Assembly: GCF_003072485.1 (NCBI RefSeq)
Contig: NZ_CP025989.1
Coordinates: 150,001-182,000 of the forward strand
Source of the DNA: Candidatus Fokinia solitaria
Lineage (GTDB): Bacteria > Pseudomonadota > Alphaproteobacteria > Rickettsiales > Midichloriaceae
Length of the DNA: 32,000 nucleotides
Direction of reading: 5' to 3'
The notes beneath the pieces are model-generated. The model saw only the letters and a program-made list of their open reading frames with translations, was not told the origin of the DNA and did no database searches. This document shows positions 30,246-32,000 of the stretch, piece after piece. Made by a program: the position numbers and the translations under genes. The stretch's first letter is position 1. The number at the start of each line of letters is the position of its first letter.

Positions 30246-31295
30246 TGCGTTGTCATCTTTAGCAAGTTGAAATAAGTGCTTTTTCTCCTCCATATCGCTG
30301 CAAATTTTGGTATTTAACTCGTACTTAGCTAATCTATAAGCTACGCTTAGTGCATTAGTTATCCCTTCTATATCAGCACCACTATGACTCTTGACCACGA
30401 TACCATTCAATCCTATTAGCATAGCGCCATTGCATCGAGATGGATTGATAGTTCTAAAGACTTTTTTCAGATGTGAACGTAATAAAAAGCTGCCTATTTT
30501 ACCTAATAAGCCTGCTTCGATCACAGTCTTTTTCATGATCTTTCCGATAAATTTTGCAGTACCTTCGGCTGATTTTAGAAAAATATTACCTGAAAATCCG
30601 TCTGTTACTACCACATCGACATCGCCATTAATTACTTGATGAGGTTCTATAAATCCACAATAATTGATGTTTGAATTTTTCAGCAATATATGTCCTTTTC
30701 TCTCAATAGTACGTCCTTTATTATCTTCATTACCTACATTAAGCATACCTATTCTTGGAGATTTAATGCCATACTCTATTTTTGAGTAAGAGCTTCCCAT
30801 AATTGCAAATTGTAATATTATCTGTTCATTAATCTCAGTATTTGCGCCAAGATCTAGTATTACAATATCGTTCTTATATGTAGGGAATGGTGCTATTATT
30901 GCGGGTCTATTGATGAAATTCAGCGTATGTAGCAACATCTTTCCAGTTACCATAAGTGCACCAGTATTACCGCATGATAAAGCCGCATTGGCATTATTCT
31001 TTTGCACTTCTTCTATTGCTAATCTCATGCTTGAATTCTTCTTAGCTCTAAAAGCATGAATAGGATCATCATCATTTTTCACTGATTCACCAGAATACAC
31101 GATATTCACAATATGTTGAGATAGAAGTGGATATCGAGATAATAAAGGAGATATTTCCTCTTTAATACCGCACAGTATGAAGCGAATTTCCGAATTTTGC
31201 TTTGCATACTCGTTCATAGCACTAATCACAAAGTGTGGTGCGTTATCACCTCCCATAGCGTCTACACTAATTACTACGTGATTTCTGCTGTTCAT
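30240..31295 (-). CDS. plsX: Phosphate acyltransferase PlsX
   Basis: VVISVDAMGGDNAPH, NAALSCGNTGALMV, RPAIIAPFPT, LDLGANTE, VTDGFSGNIFLKSAEG, GLNGIVVKSHSGAD. Confidence 0.96.
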   Translation of the reverse strand: MNSRNHVVISVDAMGGDNAPHFVISAMNEYAKQNSEIRFILCGIKEEISPLLSRYPLLSQHIVNIVYSGESVKNDDDPIHAFRAKKNSSMRLAIEEVQKNNANAALSCGNTGALMVTGKMLLHTLNFINRPAIIAPFPTYKNDIVILDLGANTEINEQIILQFAIMGSSYSKIEYGIKSPRIGMLNVGNEDNKGRTIERKGHILLKNSNINYCGFIEPHQVINGDVDVVVTDGFSGNIFLKSAEGTAKFIGKIMKKTVIEAGLLGKIGSFLLRSHLKKVFRTINPSRCNGAMLIGLNGIVVKSHSGADIEGITNALSVAYRLAKYELNTKICSDMEEKKHLFQLAKDDNAS

Positions 31296-31381
31296 TATCT
31301 CATCCTATGTTTTTCTTAGTAACTAGATGATAATATGATAAAGCTGTCAGTTAGTACAAATAAAATTTCTGCGTATATCAC

Positions 31382-32000
31382 CTACTTTTTATTGGATGAA
31401 TTTGAAAGTATTGTAATGGCTTCTTTTATTGAATTCATATTTAGATCTTTTTGTTCGATTAAATATATATTGCCGTGATGTGCTTTGATATATCTTGCAT
31501 TTAGAAGCTGATGTTCGTCTGTCGAATTCGGCAATGGCACAAGTATGGCTTTTTTATTTAATGTTAAAATTTCTCCTATGGTAGAGGAACCTGCCCGTGA
31601 TATTATGATATCTGATTGTGCCATTATGCTGCAGCAATCAGCGAAAAAATGCCTAATATCGCAAGATTGAATCGCTTTATTTTTAGCGTATAGTGCTTTG
31701 ATAGTTTCGACATCATTATACTTTGATATTTGCTGATATACGCGAATATCGGTATCAATATGAAGTTTCGATATTATTTCCGCCAATGTCATTGTGAGAG
31801 TAGCTGCGCCCTGACTGCCGCCGAGCATGAATAATCGTAAGCAGTCATCGAGCTTCGAGTGCGTTGTTTCCTTATAATGTTTAAATTCTTCACGTACTAT
31901 GAATCCGAGATGTACTACTGGTACATTGGTACGCGGTAGCACGATGTCTTTGTAAGTAGTGAGCAATGTAGTATTTGGAAGGTAATTTGCAAATACTCGA
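31382..32000 (-). CDS. murG: C-terminal part of MurG (N-acetylglucosaminyltransferase), extending past the window edge
   Basis: MLGGSQGAATL, ADCCSIMAQSDIIISRAGSSTIGEILTLNKKAILVPLPNSTDEHQLLNARY. The frame is open from 31966 to the window edge (…RVFANYLPNTTLLTTYK), so the listed start is not real. Confidence 0.93.
   Translation of the reverse strand, partial: RVFANYLPNTTLLTTYKDIVLPRTNVPVVHLGFIVREEFKHYKETTHSKLDDCLRLFMLGGSQGAATLTMTLAEIISKLHIDTDIRVYQQISKYNDVETIKALYAKNKAIQSCDIRHFFADCCSIMAQSDIIISRAGSSTIGEILTLNKKAILVPLPNSTDEHQLLNARYIKAHHGNIYLIEQKDLNMNSIKEAITILSNSSNKK

Overview
AT-rich 32 kb window from what looks like a Rickettsiales-type alphaproteobacterium (inference from gene content: dispersed nuoI/atpD/tuf, an Msp2/P44-like outer-membrane barrel, a lone HK97-family portal gene, low GC). 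Most of it is housekeeping: nuoI, ribB, nrdA, secB, plsC, coaBC, dxr, rnhB, an hscA-like Hsp70, tuf, fdxA, atpD, ybeY, an RNase E/G gene, an HesB/IscA-type gene, prfA, plsX and partial murG, plus three tRNAs (Pro-TGG, Thr-GGT, Arg-ACG) that all encode CCA. I see no CRISPR array, transposase, integrase, toxin-antitoxin, restriction or phage-defence island, and no convincing new multi-gene system. The parts most worth a second look are: (1) a putative surface/effector locus at 15.4-18.8 kb with an outer-membrane barrel, a small lipoprotein and an acidic repeat protein. That protein is split into two ORFs exactly at one 31-nt spacing inside an otherwise 33-nt tandem array. (2) Three tandem ~278-bp repeats directly after fdxA, which begin with a copy of the fdxA 3' end, followed by about 1.2 kb with no ORF. 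(3) An Hsp70/HscA-like protein lacking the C-terminal helical lid. (4) A divergent DAACS transporter with altered substrate and cation motifs. (5) A solitary phage/GTA-like portal gene. (6) A DUF6765-like putative metal-binding protein overlapping nuoI convergently.
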